Of a DNA stretch of 64,000 nucleotides, positions 40,156-55,513 are shown piece by piece. Numbering within the stretch: position 1 is the stretch's first letter; each line of letters begins with the position of its first letter. The stretch is from Octopus sinensis (taxonomy: Eukaryota). A program made the position numbers and the translations under genes. Location: positions 81,778,001 to 81,842,000 of the forward strand of contig NC_043006.1 of the NCBI RefSeq assembly GCF_006345805.1. Direction: 5' to 3'. Below the pieces are notes generated by a model. That model saw nothing but the letters and a program-made list of their open reading frames with translations, made no database searches and was not told the DNA's origin.

Positions 40156-40296
40156 GTATTTCGGTATGGAAAGGACCATATTCGGTAAAAATTATAATTA
40201 TAATAAGGGTTTTTTGCAACAAGTTGCAACTTGTTGCAAAAAACCCTTATTATAATTATAATTTTTACCGAATATGGTCCTTTCCATACGAAATAC
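40156..40296. repeat. Perfect spacer-less 126-bp palindrome (40164-40289), extended 7 bp each side past a 1-nt bulge
   Basis: Left half 40164-40226 is the exact reverse complement of 40227-40289, checked base by base. Confidence 0.9.
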
Positions 40297-40302
40297 GCCA
40301 TA

Positions 40303-40355
<53 letters not shown>

Positions 40356-40997
40356 TATGTGTACATAGTATGCTACGTGTATATATGTAAGTATGTACCT
40401 TTGTATGTAAGTTTACTTCTGTCTACAGCAGTCTTGACGTCCTGGTGCAAATTTCAAACTCAAGCGTACAGTAAAATTATATGGTCACAGTATTTAGTTG
40501 CCTATTGGAAAGCGTGGCGGCTTGTATGTGTATTAGTCATTATGTATATATTGAAAATGGCAAATAAAATTACTAAAATGTCCTAAGATGTTTTACCTGT
40601 GGTTTGTTCCTAAATTATGTTTTACTTTTATGATCCTAACCTTTTCAAAATTGAACATCGTGGAAGGATTTAATGGAAAAAAAAAAAAAAATTATGCTAA
40701 GGGAGATGACTCTAAACATACCACAAGGGAGATAAATCCCAAAGCATAAAATTTCCTTTTCAAATGGAATGCAGTAATGCAATAGTTAATTAATATATTT
40801 ATTTATCACTTAATTTATATAGTTATTGTGTTGTTATGCTTTTATTTTTGTTTTTGTCGGAGAACATCGTAAATGAATATCCTAGAAGTCGTGCAAACTC
40901 ATGTTTTACATTGCATACATTTAAAACAACGCTTCATCATATGTTATGTGTGTGGGTACGTATATATATATATATATATATAATATATATATAATAG

Positions 40998-41041
<44 letters not shown>

Positions 41042-41058
41042 ATATATATATATATAAT

Positions 41059-41090
<32 letters not shown>

Positions 41091-41455
41091 GATATAATAA
41101 TAATATTATATATATATTATATATATATATATATATAATATATTCTATATATATATATATTATATATATATAAATACGAACATACAACAAACACATGTAT
41201 GCATGACGAAATTACTCATATGGACAAAAAGTACATATATGAAAAACATTATAACCGTTAATCCCTACACATTTTCTCTCTCTCCGTTCCTCCCCCCCCC
41301 CCCTCAAATTTTTCGGTCCGAAGAGCTTAGGCTCAAAACGTCAAAAGCGTTTTACATTCTTCCCGATCCTTAAACTAATACACCTGCTTTGTTCCTTCAC
41401 CTCTTCGTCTTTTCTTTTCTATCAATTTGAACTTTATATATATATATAATAATAT

Positions 41456-41497
<42 letters not shown>

Positions 41498-41723
41498 ACA
41501 TCAAGGATCATATATCAGAAAAGAAGCAGACGCTAAACGTTAGAGAATCACGTATTTACAGGGAGTTTTAATTATGGCCTGTAAATTATATGTGATTACA
41601 TGTCCGTGGCATTAGAGTTCAACAAGTAGCCTACAAGGCTATGCCCTTTATGGATGTGAAACCATAATCACTATATAACCAATAGAAATCAACTTCCTGT
41701 AAGATATATATAGATATATATAT

Positions 41724-41761
<38 letters not shown>

Positions 41762-41941
41762 ACACTCACAACAATTTATGTCAATTATATATAAAAGCAT
41801 TGAAACATTGAATTGAAAGATTACTCAGCTATAACTTTTAGTATGGTACATACTACAAGGAAAAGGGTGACCATAACTTTTGAAGTTTCGCTTCTTTTGC
41901 TTTCCCCATATATATATATATATATATATAATATATATATA

Positions 41942-42039
<98 letters not shown>

Positions 42040-42691
42040 TATGTCTGTCTATGGCAATGTAGTAGAGATCTGGCTGTGCTGATCTTTTCATCATCACACG
42101 GCATGGCTATTATGAGAAACATTGCTGTTTGTAGATGTTGTAGACTTGCTAGAACTATCTGTCAAATGATTTTTAACTTAAGCACAACTGTCTTGAATGG
42201 AGAAGGACACACTAAATAATGTCCCAGGTGTACCATCTCTGAAAATAATACATGATTGCTCATAATTATGTGTTATTTTGATGAAAGTCAACATGCAATT
42301 GAAGTATAAGGCATAGCAACTTTAATATCACTATGTACAGATATTTGTATTTGATAACTGCTCACCTAATGATACATGAAAAAGATAAGATTATGTGAAG
42401 TTTGATATATGCTCCTCTTCTTAAAAATTGACAGAAACATGTATTTTAAACTGTTTAGTACAGTGTTTGGTTTGAGGCACAGAGACAACACAATAATAAA
42501 TACCTAGTGTCTAGGAAGAAAATCTCAGAGAGTTTCCATCAAAAGGATCATCAGAAATTGAGTAAGTCATATTTACTTTCACAGAAATAATGAACATACA
42601 GAAAAATACACAAATACGCACAAGCGCATATGCATTTATGTATGTATATGTATATGCTTGAGTACTAATGATATATGTATATGTACATATA

Positions 42692-42736
<45 letters not shown>

Positions 42737-43326
42737 GTATGTGCGTATATGTATGTGTGTGTGTATATATATATATATGTATGCATTTGTGTGCTTATGA
42801 TATATGTATATGTGCATGAATGAATGTATATATATATATATACACACACATACAGGTATGTATGTGTGTGTATATGTATGTATGTATTCATATATATATA
42901 TATATATATATACTTGCATACATACAAGCCTATATGTTTGCATATATGAATGTAATGTGTATGCATGCATGCATGCAGGTATGTGTGTATGGCTTACATT
43001 TGGCAAGTATAAAGTGTATCGGTACTATGGCAACCAGCATCATCAGCTTCAACAACTTCATTGTCATCATCTATACCATTAACAACAAAACATCAGCAAG
43101 TACCAATAATAGCAATAACGATAATGATGATGATGATGATGATAGTGATCAGGATGAAAGTGACGATGATAATTATCTTAATTTTTTTTAAAGGTTTCAG
43201 TTTAAATCTTATCTATAATGAGCCAAATACATAAAAACTTTATCATTACGATAATGACTAATCTGTAAATATTACCATTATCAATATATTTATCATTATC
43301 GTCATCATCATCATTCATCATCATTA

Positions 43327-43358
<32 letters not shown>

Positions 43359-43456
43359 GTTTATTATTATTATTATTATTATTATTATCATTATTATTAT
43401 ATAATATATATGTGTATATTCATATGTGCACTATATGAATATACATACTATATATA

Positions 43457-43501
<45 letters not shown>

Positions 43502-43665
43502 TGTGTGTATATATATAATATATATATATATATATATTATATATAGATATATGTATACAACAGGAATGTATACACACACACACACATATATATATATAAT
43601 ATAATTGTGTGTGTGGTGGGGAAGATTATATAATATATATATATATTAACACATATATACAATAC

Positions 43666-43730
<65 letters not shown>

Positions 43731-44069
43731 ATATACTATATATATATATACATATATATATAGTATATGGGAAATTGAAGTTACTATTACAAAGTAATTA
43801 CAGAAACGGAAATCAATAATGAATGACTACCCAACTTTTTCGGACCCGCCTTTCTGCTTAATTTTACTCTACACTCAGTATTTTTCCATAGTCATTCTTA
43901 TTAATGTTGCTTAAAAATAATAACCTCAATTTAACACACACACATACACACCACACAAACACACCCATATATATATATATATATATATATATATCTATTA
44001 TATATATATATATATATATAATATAATTACATACATATACATAAATGTGTGTGTGAAGGCACATTATTT

Positions 44070-44345
44070 AATGGTTAGGGTATTCAGCTCATGATCAGAA
44101 AATCATAAGTTTAATTCCCGGCAAAGCATGTTCTTGAGCAAGAAACTTTATTTCACGTTACTCCAGACCACTCAGCTGGCAAAAATGAGTATCACTTGTA
44201 CTTCAAAGGGCCAGTCTTGTCAAACTGAGTCTTCCTAAGAACTGCATTAAGGATTCGCATGTCTGTGGAGTGCTCAACAACATGCACACTAATTTCTCAA
44301 GCATGCTGTTCTGTTGAGAATATCAACTGGAATCCTCGTTGCCAT
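44070..44345 (+). mobile_element. Family C CORE-like SINE
   Basis: ggttagggtattcagctc...ttcttgagcaagaaactttatttcacg...; similar to 3057-3700; partial copies at about 37485-37650 and 63065-63185. Confidence 0.75.
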
Positions 44346-44443
44346 AACTGATGGAGTGCCAGTTATATATATATATATATATATAGTCATATATATATAT
44401 GTGTGTGTTTGTATATATATATATTTATTCTTATCTATCTATC

Positions 44444-44476
<33 letters not shown>

Positions 44477-44507
44477 TGTGTGTGTGTGTGTGTGTGTGTA
44501 TGTATAT

Positions 44508-44543
<36 letters not shown>

Positions 44544-44947
44544 TATCTACAGATATATGTATATATATATATATATATGTGTGTATGTGTATACTTATAT
44601 ATGTGTGTATGTGTTTGCAGAGTAGGATGTATATGTATAGATTTATCCAGATGTTTTACATTTATATCCTACTTAAGCAATGACAATGGTATTTGAAAGA
44701 AATTTCCTTTTAATTTTTATTCCTACTGTCTTAATTGCTTCCTAATCATCTTTGAAAACCAGCAAAATGAGATACAACAAAACAAAAAGAATTTGGTTGT
44801 GTTACAAATTTACTTAATATTTATTTGAAATATATTGACAGAAGGGTTTTTTTTTATTGTATATAAAACATTTCATTTTATATTTTATGTCAACTGCTAT
44901 ATAATCCTCAATTACATTTGTATTGTTTTTCCTACGATTGTTACAGC

Positions 44948-45009
<62 letters not shown>

Positions 45010-45010
<1 letters not shown>

Positions 45011-46104
45011 CATCGAGCTGGCAAAATTTTTAAGCATGTTCCAGCTCTTTCATTCTTGCTTCAAGTCCTCCCAAGGGCAACAGTCAGGTGTTGGTAAATA
45101 AAGGACCAATCAAATAGTAGGGCTGATGAAATTGATTTGCCCTTTACCCTTACAATTACTGGTTGTATACCAAAAGTTAGAAAGAATTAAAGGTGGCAAG
45201 CTGATAGAATCATTATATTAGCACATCTGTCAAGATACTTAGTAGTATTTCTTCTAGCTTCTTATGTTCTGAGTTCAAATTCCACCAAAATCAACTTTGC
45301 CTTTCATTCTTTTAAGAATGACCACTTGGGTCAAGGTATGACTAACCTCTTCCCACTAAAAAAGTTCAGGCCTTGTGCCTATAGTAAGGATTATTATTAT
45401 TAAGGCAGAAAACTGGCAGAAACATTAGCATATCAGACAAAATAACTAATGGTATTTCTTTTGGCTCTGAGTTCAAATCTTGTCTGGGTCAGCATTACCT
45501 ATCATCCTTCCAGGGTTGATAAAAATAAAATGCCAATTGATCACTTGGGTTGATATAATTGACAAGCCTCCTCCCTTATTATTATTATTATTGTTGTTGT
45601 TATTATTATTAGGCAGTGAGCTAGAAGCATCTTTGTGTGAGGCAAACTGCTAAACAGCATTTCATTTGTCCAAACGTTCTCAGTTCAAACTCTGCCCAGG
45701 TTGACTTTGCTTTTTACCCATTCAGGGTTGATAAAATAAGTACCAAATGAGCCCTAGGATCAGTATAATCGATTTAGCCCCAACCCCAGATTTGTTGGCC
45801 TTGTGCCAAAATTTGAAACTATTATTATTATTATTATTGTTGTTGTTGTTGTTGTTGTTGTTAATACATAGTGAGCTGGCAGAATTATTAGCATGTCGGA
45901 AAAAATACTTAACGGTATTTTGCCTATCGCTACATTCCAAATTCATTTACTGCTACATTCTGAGTTCAAATTCCGCCAAGGCCGACTTTGCCATTCATCC
46001 TTTCGGGGTCGATAAATTAAGTACCAGTTGCATACTGGAGTCAATCTAATTGACTGGCCTCCCTTCCCCACTAAATTTCAGTCCTTGTGTCTACAGTAGA
46101 AAGG

Positions 46105-46151
<47 letters not shown>

Positions 46152-46434
46152 CATTATTATTATGATTATTATTATTATTATTATGCAGTGGTCTTATTCC
46201 TTATCACATGCTTTTGCTCCACTACCAAGTTCAGGTCTGTGTGCTTTACCAGTGGTCTGAATTTTTTGTATCTTACTATTCATGAAAGTACACCATAACA
46301 TGTGTTATACCTTGCAGTGCTCTTTTTTGGGGGGCATTTTTCTCATACTTCTGAGTCTTGAGTTTTTTGGTTATAAATTTGTTTGAATGTTCTCTTTAAT
46401 TTCATTCCCATAGCACCTTTTATCATTATTATTA

Positions 46435-46467
<33 letters not shown>

Positions 46468-46900
46468 GGCAGTGGGCTCGCAGAAATGTTAGCATGCCAA
46501 GAAAAATGCTTAGTAGAAGTTTATCCATCTTTATGTTCTGAATTTAAATTCTGCCGAGGTCAACTTTGCTTTTCATCCTTTTGCAGGTCAATAAAATAGG
46601 TACCAGTTGAGTACTGGGTCAAAGTAATTGACTTACTCCCTCCCCCAAAATTGCTGGCTTTGTGCCAAAATTTGAAACCATTTTCATTATTATAGTTATT
46701 TAGCCAGAATCCTTAGAGCAGAATTTTTTATGTATTTCTTTACCTTCTGAGTTTAGATATTGCCATGATTAACTTTACCTTTCATCCTTGTTGATTCAAA
46801 AAATACCAGCCAAATACTGGGGTTGAATTAATCTACTGCTTTCTTACCCACCTCCTCCAAAAAATAAATAAATATATGGTGGCCTTGTGCCTATGTTAGC
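45010..46900 (+). mobile_element. Stack of about six family A SINE copies separated by (ATT)n
   Basis: Repeated head, central domain and tail motifs, all in + orientation and CpG-decayed. Confidence 0.85.
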
Positions 46901-47177
46901 AGTCAAAACTTAACAGTAATAATATGGTGTTAATACTGGAAATGTTTTGATTTCTAGGTTGAAAACATTTCATAAATTCCAGGAAAACTCTTGGGAAAAT
47001 CACGAAGAGGCAGAAGTCCTTAAACGCCCACTTCCCTTATAATTTCATAACATTTCATATGAATATAAGAAGTCATCATTATTTTATCATTGTTTTTTTA
47101 AGATTCATACATTACACACATATACATTTAATGTATACATATATACATGTCTATATCTATGTATATACATATATATA

Positions 47178-47216
<39 letters not shown>

Positions 47217-47224
47217 GTATATAC

Positions 47225-47279
<55 letters not shown>

Positions 47280-47300
47280 ACACACATATACATATATATG

Positions 47301-47338
<38 letters not shown>

Positions 47339-47693
47339 TATATATATATATTGCGGTCGTGTCATTAAACACAATTTTAAACTAGATCTTTGTACACAAT
47401 TTACAGATAACTGTTATCTCTTAATCTTGTTTTAATTGGTCATTTGGGATACAGTTGCTTCAATCAATTTCTAGGAAGGTGGTGGCTTTTGGTATTTTCA
47501 GTATAATTACTTTTCCATTATTTTTTTTTTTTGTTTTGGTTTTTGTTTTTGGTTTTTGTCTTATTTCATTTCTTCCATTTTCAGTAGACATTTTATAAAT
47601 TGGAAATAATTGTATCATTTAAAGAACTTTTACAGCCAATGGAATTTGTTTAATTCTCAAAATGAAAGCCTGGTGGGGTTTTTCAATTTTTTA

Positions 47694-47748
<55 letters not shown>

Positions 47749-49323
47749 ATGCTTCATTAATAAGAGATTAAAATAAGACAATGGTGTTATTTTAATATAA
47801 TGTATAAAATCTTTCAAATGGAGAACAAATCAATGTATATCTTTTCTGTTGAGAAGAGAGAGAAAGATACTTCAGGCCTCATTAGTTCTTTAATAGTTGC
47901 TTTTGCAACAAGCATATTTTAAGCAAAACCAACAGCCTTGCCCTTAATTTTAAATGCATTGCTACTAAATTGTGAAAGCATTTCAGACCAACCAATGGTC
48001 TTTTGTTTCTTCTTTTAATCTTTCCACAGAGAGAACAAACAATTGAACAAATTGATATATGTAAATATTCGTCCAGAAATTTCTTTCTATGTAATGTGGA
48101 AATAACATACGTATAGTACTTAACATGTAGTTTCGAAGAAGCCAGTGGAGATGATGGTGGCGGCGGCGGCATAGTTTTGGTGGCAGCATAGTGGTGGTAA
48201 TGGTGATGGTGACAATGACAATGATGATCAGTGTTGTTGTTGTTATTTTCAGAAATATCATAATTTTGGAAGATATTTCTTATTACAACTGATTTCTCTT
48301 TATATTTTGAAGGTCATATGCTCTGATTCATTTTATATTATTAATACCTATCAAATATTTTTCCTTCCATTTCTTTCTCTCCCCCCCTCTCTCTCTCTCT
48401 CTCTCTCACTCTTTCTTTCTTTCTCTCTCTTTCTTTCTACTCTATTTCTTTTATTGGATTTTAGAAGATTTCATGTAAAATTACATTTGTTATCAGGGAA
48501 CATAAACTGGAAAAAAATTGCCTGAACTTTTTTAAAAAATATTCATATCTAACATGATAATTTACAAAAGAAGTTGTTATTATTTTTATTTTTTTCCTTG
48601 TATTACGTTCCCTGAGCAGCTTAGTGACATATGCTGACTGGATTTTTACTGCAAAATTTTTTATGTCACTTGAAAATATCAGCTAAAAAAATACAATACA
48701 ATCATTTATGTTGAATTTATATCATAAAAGATGACATTCAATTGCATCTGGAATTTTCTTAATGCAGGCCAACAGTATTAATCAGTTTAGAGAAATGGTT
48801 CCATTATTTTCAGGTCCAACTTCACTGAAGGCCTTCAGCCCAAAGAAGAAAAGATGGCTTGAGCTGAGCTTTATATCTTTCTTATTGTTTCACATAGACT
48901 TCTTGTCATACTGCTGAGGCGTTATAGCTGTGTTAGTTTAAATATCAACATATATATATGTCATGAATGCTAAGGACACATAATTTCAGAATTGTTTCTG
49001 AACTCTGCTGCAGGCATTCCATTATATTTGTGGGTAAGACACTTACTTTCGCTTGTCCTTATTTATCAAGCTTGAAAAATAAACAATAAAGATATTAGTC
49101 CATTTGTAAAATCACACCTATTGCAGATAGCATCATGTCTGAGACAGAATTCACATTTATATATATATATGTATATATATATTATATTATATATGTGCAT
49201 GTATGTATGTATGTATGTATGTACATATGTACATATGTATGCATGCATATATATATATACATACATATACATACATACATGAATATGTATATACATACAT
49301 AAATACATACATACATGTATACA

Positions 49324-49359
<36 letters not shown>

Positions 49360-49568
49360 TATAATTTATATTATGTTGTTATACTATTCATCAATATGAC
49401 AGATATTTATCTATTTAGAAGAGAATAGAAAACTGTTTTAATGTTCATATACATATACCTACATACACACACACACATATATATATATATATAATATATA
49501 TATATAATATATATATATATATCTATATAATATATATATATATTATATATATATGTATACATAATATA

Positions 49569-49622
<54 letters not shown>

Positions 49623-49632
49623 ACATACATAT

Positions 49633-49687
<55 letters not shown>

Positions 49688-50139
49688 CATATAAACATAT
49701 ATATATATATACATATATACACACACACACACACATATATATATATACTAATATATAACTAGTAGTACTACTGTCTTTTCATAAAAAATAACTTAGAGAA
49801 ATGTAGTATTTGCCAGCCTCTAAATTAGATATAGTGAAGAGATTTTTTCTCAATTTCCTTAAGATTTTAAAGTAGTAAATGTAAATATTTCTATATATAT
49901 ATTGATATATAAAATGCATATGCATACATACGCGCACACATGTACACACACATATATATGTATATTTATATATATGAATGTGTACATGTTTGTTTGTGTA
50001 TATATGTGTATACAGTGTGTGTGTATGTAAGTGTATATATATATATATATATATCGATATAACCATGTATATATCTGGGTGTAAATGCATCATATATATA
50101 CATGTGTTTGTGTATATTTAAATGCAAAAGCGGATATAC

Positions 50140-50172
<33 letters not shown>

Positions 50173-50772
50173 TAATTATATATATATTTACAAAGACATG
50201 TATAATTACATATTTTCCTTTAAATATTTTTAATGATTGGATAGGTGGATGATTGCTATAATACGGCTATTGCAGATGTTGTTTTTGCTGCTATTCTTGT
50301 TGTTTTAATACAGATATGGCACAATTCTTTGAAAAACAAAACTTCAATTTTCAATTTTTCTCTCTGCGATGTGATGTTTTATAAAATATTTGAATATTTC
50401 CTACCATAGTGGTTTCAGAGACAGGTGTAAATGTATTTTCCGCATTTTTTTCCCATTTTGGTACTAATTTGATTGTTACAATTTTTTCTCTTTTTCCTTT
50501 TTCTGCAAATCAGATGGAGGGAAGGAGGTAGAAAATAGGAAAAAAAAACAGAAAAGAAAAAAGATCAAAAGAAAATAATACCTCCCTATGCCACTCTCTC
50601 AAAGAAAAAGATAATAAATTGAATTAAATTAAACCTAAAACCCCAAAATTTAGCGAGCAATAAATTAAAAATAGATTATCCTCCTACAATTAACTGATAC
50701 AGAATATAAATAGATATTGTACATACAAATTGTATGTTATATATATATATCTATATATATATATATATAATA

Positions 50773-50855
<83 letters not shown>

Positions 50856-50861
50856 GTATAC

Positions 50862-50896
<35 letters not shown>

Positions 50897-50946
50897 TACA
50901 TATAAATATATATATATTGTCTCTAATTTATATATATTATAATATA

Positions 50947-50986
<40 letters not shown>

Positions 50987-51622
50987 TATATATAGATATA
51001 TATATATATATATATAATATATAAACAGATTAAGTGACAATAATATATTGTATCAGCATTCTCCTGTCCAGCAATCAAAATATTTGACACAGTTTGTATT
51101 TAATACTGAATGTGAATACATATCAATATGTATGTATGGGTGAGATTTGACATGGATGGGTATAATAAATATGTAATATTACTTTTTTTTTTGTTTCAAG
51201 TGATACTCTTAATAAAACTTTGGCAAAGGGGAAACAACATGTTTGTTTCTTTTAATTAATTGAATCTGAGCTTTTCTAATTTCAATAAGACACATCATCA
51301 TTGATTTGAAAGGAGAATATATATACATATATACTTAATATATATCTCTTACTCTGTCTCTTCTATCTCACTATTTTTATTGTCTGTGTTTTATGTCCAT
51401 CTATGAATTTATCTATCAAGCAAGCTAGCTAGCTAGGTATCTGGCTACATATCAATCTCTGTCTATTCATTCTTTCACTATATATACACTCATGCACACA
51501 TATACACACACACACATACTTATGTATTTATGATATATAAATATATGTATTCATATATATATAGAGATACACATATATATATTTGTATATGTGCATATAT
51601 ATATATATGTATATATATATGT

Positions 51623-51925
51623 GGAGGCGCAATGGTCCAGTGGTTTGGGCAGCAGACTCACAGTCATAGGTTCGCAGTTTCGATTCCCAGACCGGGCATT
51701 GTGAGTGTTTATTGAGCAAAAAACACCCAAAGCTCCACGAGGCTCCGGCAGGGGTGGTGGCGATCCCTGTTGTACTCTTTCACCGCAACTTTCTCTCACT
51801 CTTTCTTCTGTTGGCCTAATCGCTTAGCCAGCATCATTTGAAGGCTAAAACAATGTGAAGCGCATTGTAACCAGCGATGTTTAGCAACATCTGATAGCCT
51901 GGTCGGTCACGATGATGATGATGAT
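51623..51925 (+). mobile_element. tRNA-derived SINE family D
   Basis: Head ggaggcgcaatggtccagtgg, B box-like tttcgattccc, (GAT)n tail; a second copy at 61321-61627 (-) has a different tail. Confidence 0.8.
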
Positions 51926-52220
51926 ATATATATAATTATATATATATATATATATCTTTAAATCTCTGTCCACGCATTCATTTATCAATATGTCTATCTT
52001 GCTGACTACTTTCTTATGATCTAGCTATGTTTAGTCTGTTCAGACACAATTCACAAATGCAAATATGCATATATGCCTGCCATGCTTACATGCACCTATA
52101 CATATCTAAATTCATAGATTCACACATGAATACATAGATACATGTATACATACATACATGCAAACATACATATATACATACATACATACACACACACAAG
52201 CATACATATATACATATTTA

Positions 52221-52480
52221 TAGCAGTGATCAACTTGCTCCCGTGTATGATCACATTCTTCTTCATTTTCGAGATGTAATGATCTCCCGATATTGGCACC
52301 TTTGATGACAAAGACAGACACCAATATTGAAAGATTCTACCTCTTAGATACCAGTGGCAAGTTAATGGAGGATGCAAGCATACTGGATAATCTTCACTTG
52401 TTGTATGCTGCATCATCTTACACAAGCAAGGAAACAAAAAAAAGCGGCTTTATTTCATTTTCCAGAGACACACATGTACT
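52221..52480 (+). mobile_element. Possible degraded L1/Tx1 reverse-transcriptase fragment
   Basis: SGKL...ILDNLHLL...SKETKKSGFISF resembles the PGRxIxDNLHLxR...LDQxKAFD region of L1/Tx1 RT; frameshifted. Confidence 0.3.
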
Positions 52481-52703
52481 GATTGCAGCAAATAAAGGAG
52501 TCACTGCCTATTTGTGGTTCCAAGAAGTCCAAGTGTTGACATGAACAGAGAAAATAAATAAATAAATAAATGAATAAATAAACAAATAAATGAGTAAATA
52601 CACATAAAGCAAAACCTTCAAGTTCTCAACATATTTTAGACAAACATTTGTGTCATATAAGAGTCACTCTCAAAATATTTCAAGTTGTTCAACTAGCAAC
52701 AAG

Positions 52704-52746
<43 letters not shown>

Positions 52747-53098
52747 TATATATATATATTATTATATATAATTAGGGCTTAGTAAAATAAATTACTTTGC
52801 CACATACTGAACTTAGTAGAAATAGCAGCCAAAAAAATTTTTTTAGCCATTTCTACTACTTAAGAAAATTTCTCTCAGATAAGGTTTACTCCAGACAGCT
52901 CACGAAGGTTTGGAGGTAAATACAGAATCCCGTACTAGCATAGAAAATGGACGTTAAACGATGATGATGATGATGATATATATATACAGACACATACATA
53001 TATACGAGTATATAGTGTGTGTATAAATGTATATGTACTTATATGTATGTATGTGTATGTATATATATATATACATACATATATATATATATACATAC

Positions 53099-53129
<31 letters not shown>

Positions 53130-53538
53130 ATATGTATATATATGTATGAAATAAGATGGCCACAGACTACACTAATCACAGGTTTTATATAAGATTACCC
53201 TCCTCCCATATGCAGTTATATACACACATAAATACATATAATGCATCAAAACACACACGCACACACACACAAGCATGCACACACACACATAAAAATAGGA
53301 AGGCTGCTGGCATTTCTGAGTTCATTCATTTCATCTGACAGTCACACATTTCATCTTACAGGCTCTTAGAAAATCAACCCCGCTCACCAACCAGGTTTAT
53401 TGGGGTTGCCTATTTACTCATCACCCAATCATGCAACAGACCACATCTACATACATAAATATATATATATATACATACATATACACACACATACACACAT
53501 ATATATATAAATATATACAATCGAAAAGGTGAATCACA

Positions 53539-53908
53539 ATGACCTTTTTCTGTGCACAGTTTGTGACAGACCATGCCTTTCTTTTGCTGGGCTCAAATCC
53601 AATTCATGAACCCATGGAAAAGGAAGGAAGTTCCACCAACTATTCTGCCTATATGTCTGTGTACAACTTTCAATGCAATGTATGCCAGAAGGTTTGTAAA
53701 TCTAACAGAGACCTCAAAAGACATTTTAAGGTCCACAAAAATCCGAACTTAACTGCAGCTTTTGATGATCCAAATCAGATATGCTATCTATGTGGGTGTC
53801 TTTTCAAAACATTGTCTGCTTTAAAAATCCACATCAGATGCCATGATGTTTCTAAGGTGTAGGTACAGGAGGAGGTCAAACTCTGCATAAGGAGTAGACA
53901 ACCACCAT
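53539..53908 (+). mobile_element. ORF with two C2H2 zinc fingers, probably the 3-prime end of an RTE-type LINE
   Basis: CNVCQKVCKSNRDLKRHFKVH and CYLCGCLFKTLSALKIHIRCH; no TGEKP linker, no clear splice acceptor; followed by a short tail and (TA)n. Confidence 0.5.
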
Positions 53909-53909
53909 A

Positions 53910-53980
53910 CATATATGTATGTATATATAATATATATATATAATATATTATATATACATATATATATATATTATATAATA

Positions 53981-54011
<31 letters not shown>

Positions 54012-54590
54012 ATATATATATATACACATATATGTATATACATACAGACAGACACATACACACATATGTGTATACATTTATACATACATACAAGCATGTA
54101 TGCATACATTCATTCATTCATACAGGCATGCATTCATACTTACTTACATACATGGATAGAGAAAGTATGAAATGCATAAATATGTACATTGATGCATATA
54201 AAAATATATACACACACAAGCAATCATACATACTTACCAATACACACACACATACATGCATTCATATGCACACACGCACATTTACATACATACATTCATA
54301 CATACATGCATACATACGTACATACGTACATTCATATGTACATACATACATGCATATGTACATACGTACATTCATACCATACATACGTACGTACATACAT
54401 ACATACATACGTACATACATGCATACATACATACATACATACTACATACATACATACATGCATACATACATACATACATACACACATACATACATACGTA
54501 CGTACGTGAGTGCGTACATACATACATGCATACATACATCCATCCATACATACATACATACATACATACATATACATACATACATCATAC
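53910..54590. repeat. (TA)n and (CATA)n microsatellite
   Basis: Seen directly. Confidence 0.95.
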
Positions 54591-55309
54591 ATACATTAGC
54601 ATGGTATCAATATTAACATGAAGCGTAGCCTCCCTTGGATTCCCAACCATTACAACATGTCACGTCTCAAAGGTAATCCTTTGCAATCCAGCACAGCAAA
54701 TATCTACCACATCCCCCAATGAACAGTGAAACCCCTTTAAATGTTACACTCTCATGATGCACTCAAAAATATTGATTATGTTACATTTTTGTAGAAGACA
54801 TTACCCAATATTATCAGCAGTTCCTGAAGAATATGATCAAGATTCAACCACTCTATGCAACACGATGTTACTAAAACAATATACCAAATTATCCACATGG
54901 TTACTGAATACATACATATTAGTAGAACATTACTATCAAAACTGCTACTAAGTGCAAACCTAACAGGCTTGGTATAGTTGCTTGAGAGAGAAAAGATAAG
55001 TGGTGTACAGTCATAGCACCAGCAGCTTTTTAGATATGAAGATTTCCTCCAAAAATCAACAAGAGAGAGAGAGTCTTCATGGACAACTGATTTGAAACTT
55101 GCGGCTTCTCTGCTCTTATTATAAATACATGCATATAATCAATACTAGAACAGTAAAAATATGCAAGGTACTTTGAAAGTTCAACATGTTTTCTAAATTC
55201 CAGCAATGGAGTTTTATATATATATATGTGGTGTGTGTGTGTGTGTGTGTATATAATGTATATGTGTATATATGTATATATGTATATATATATACATATA
55301 TGGATATAC

Positions 55310-55354
<45 letters not shown>

Positions 55355-55363
55355 TACATATGT

Positions 55364-55401
<38 letters not shown>

Positions 55402-55471
55402 TTATGTATATACATGTGTGTGTAGTGTGTGTGTGTGTGTGTGTGTGAATGTATATATATGTGTGTATTTA

Positions 55472-55513
<42 letters not shown>

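Noticed and set aside
50514-50527. 14-nt micro-exon after a strong polypyrimidine tract
   Set aside because: Weak donor (gtagaa) and no supported neighbours.
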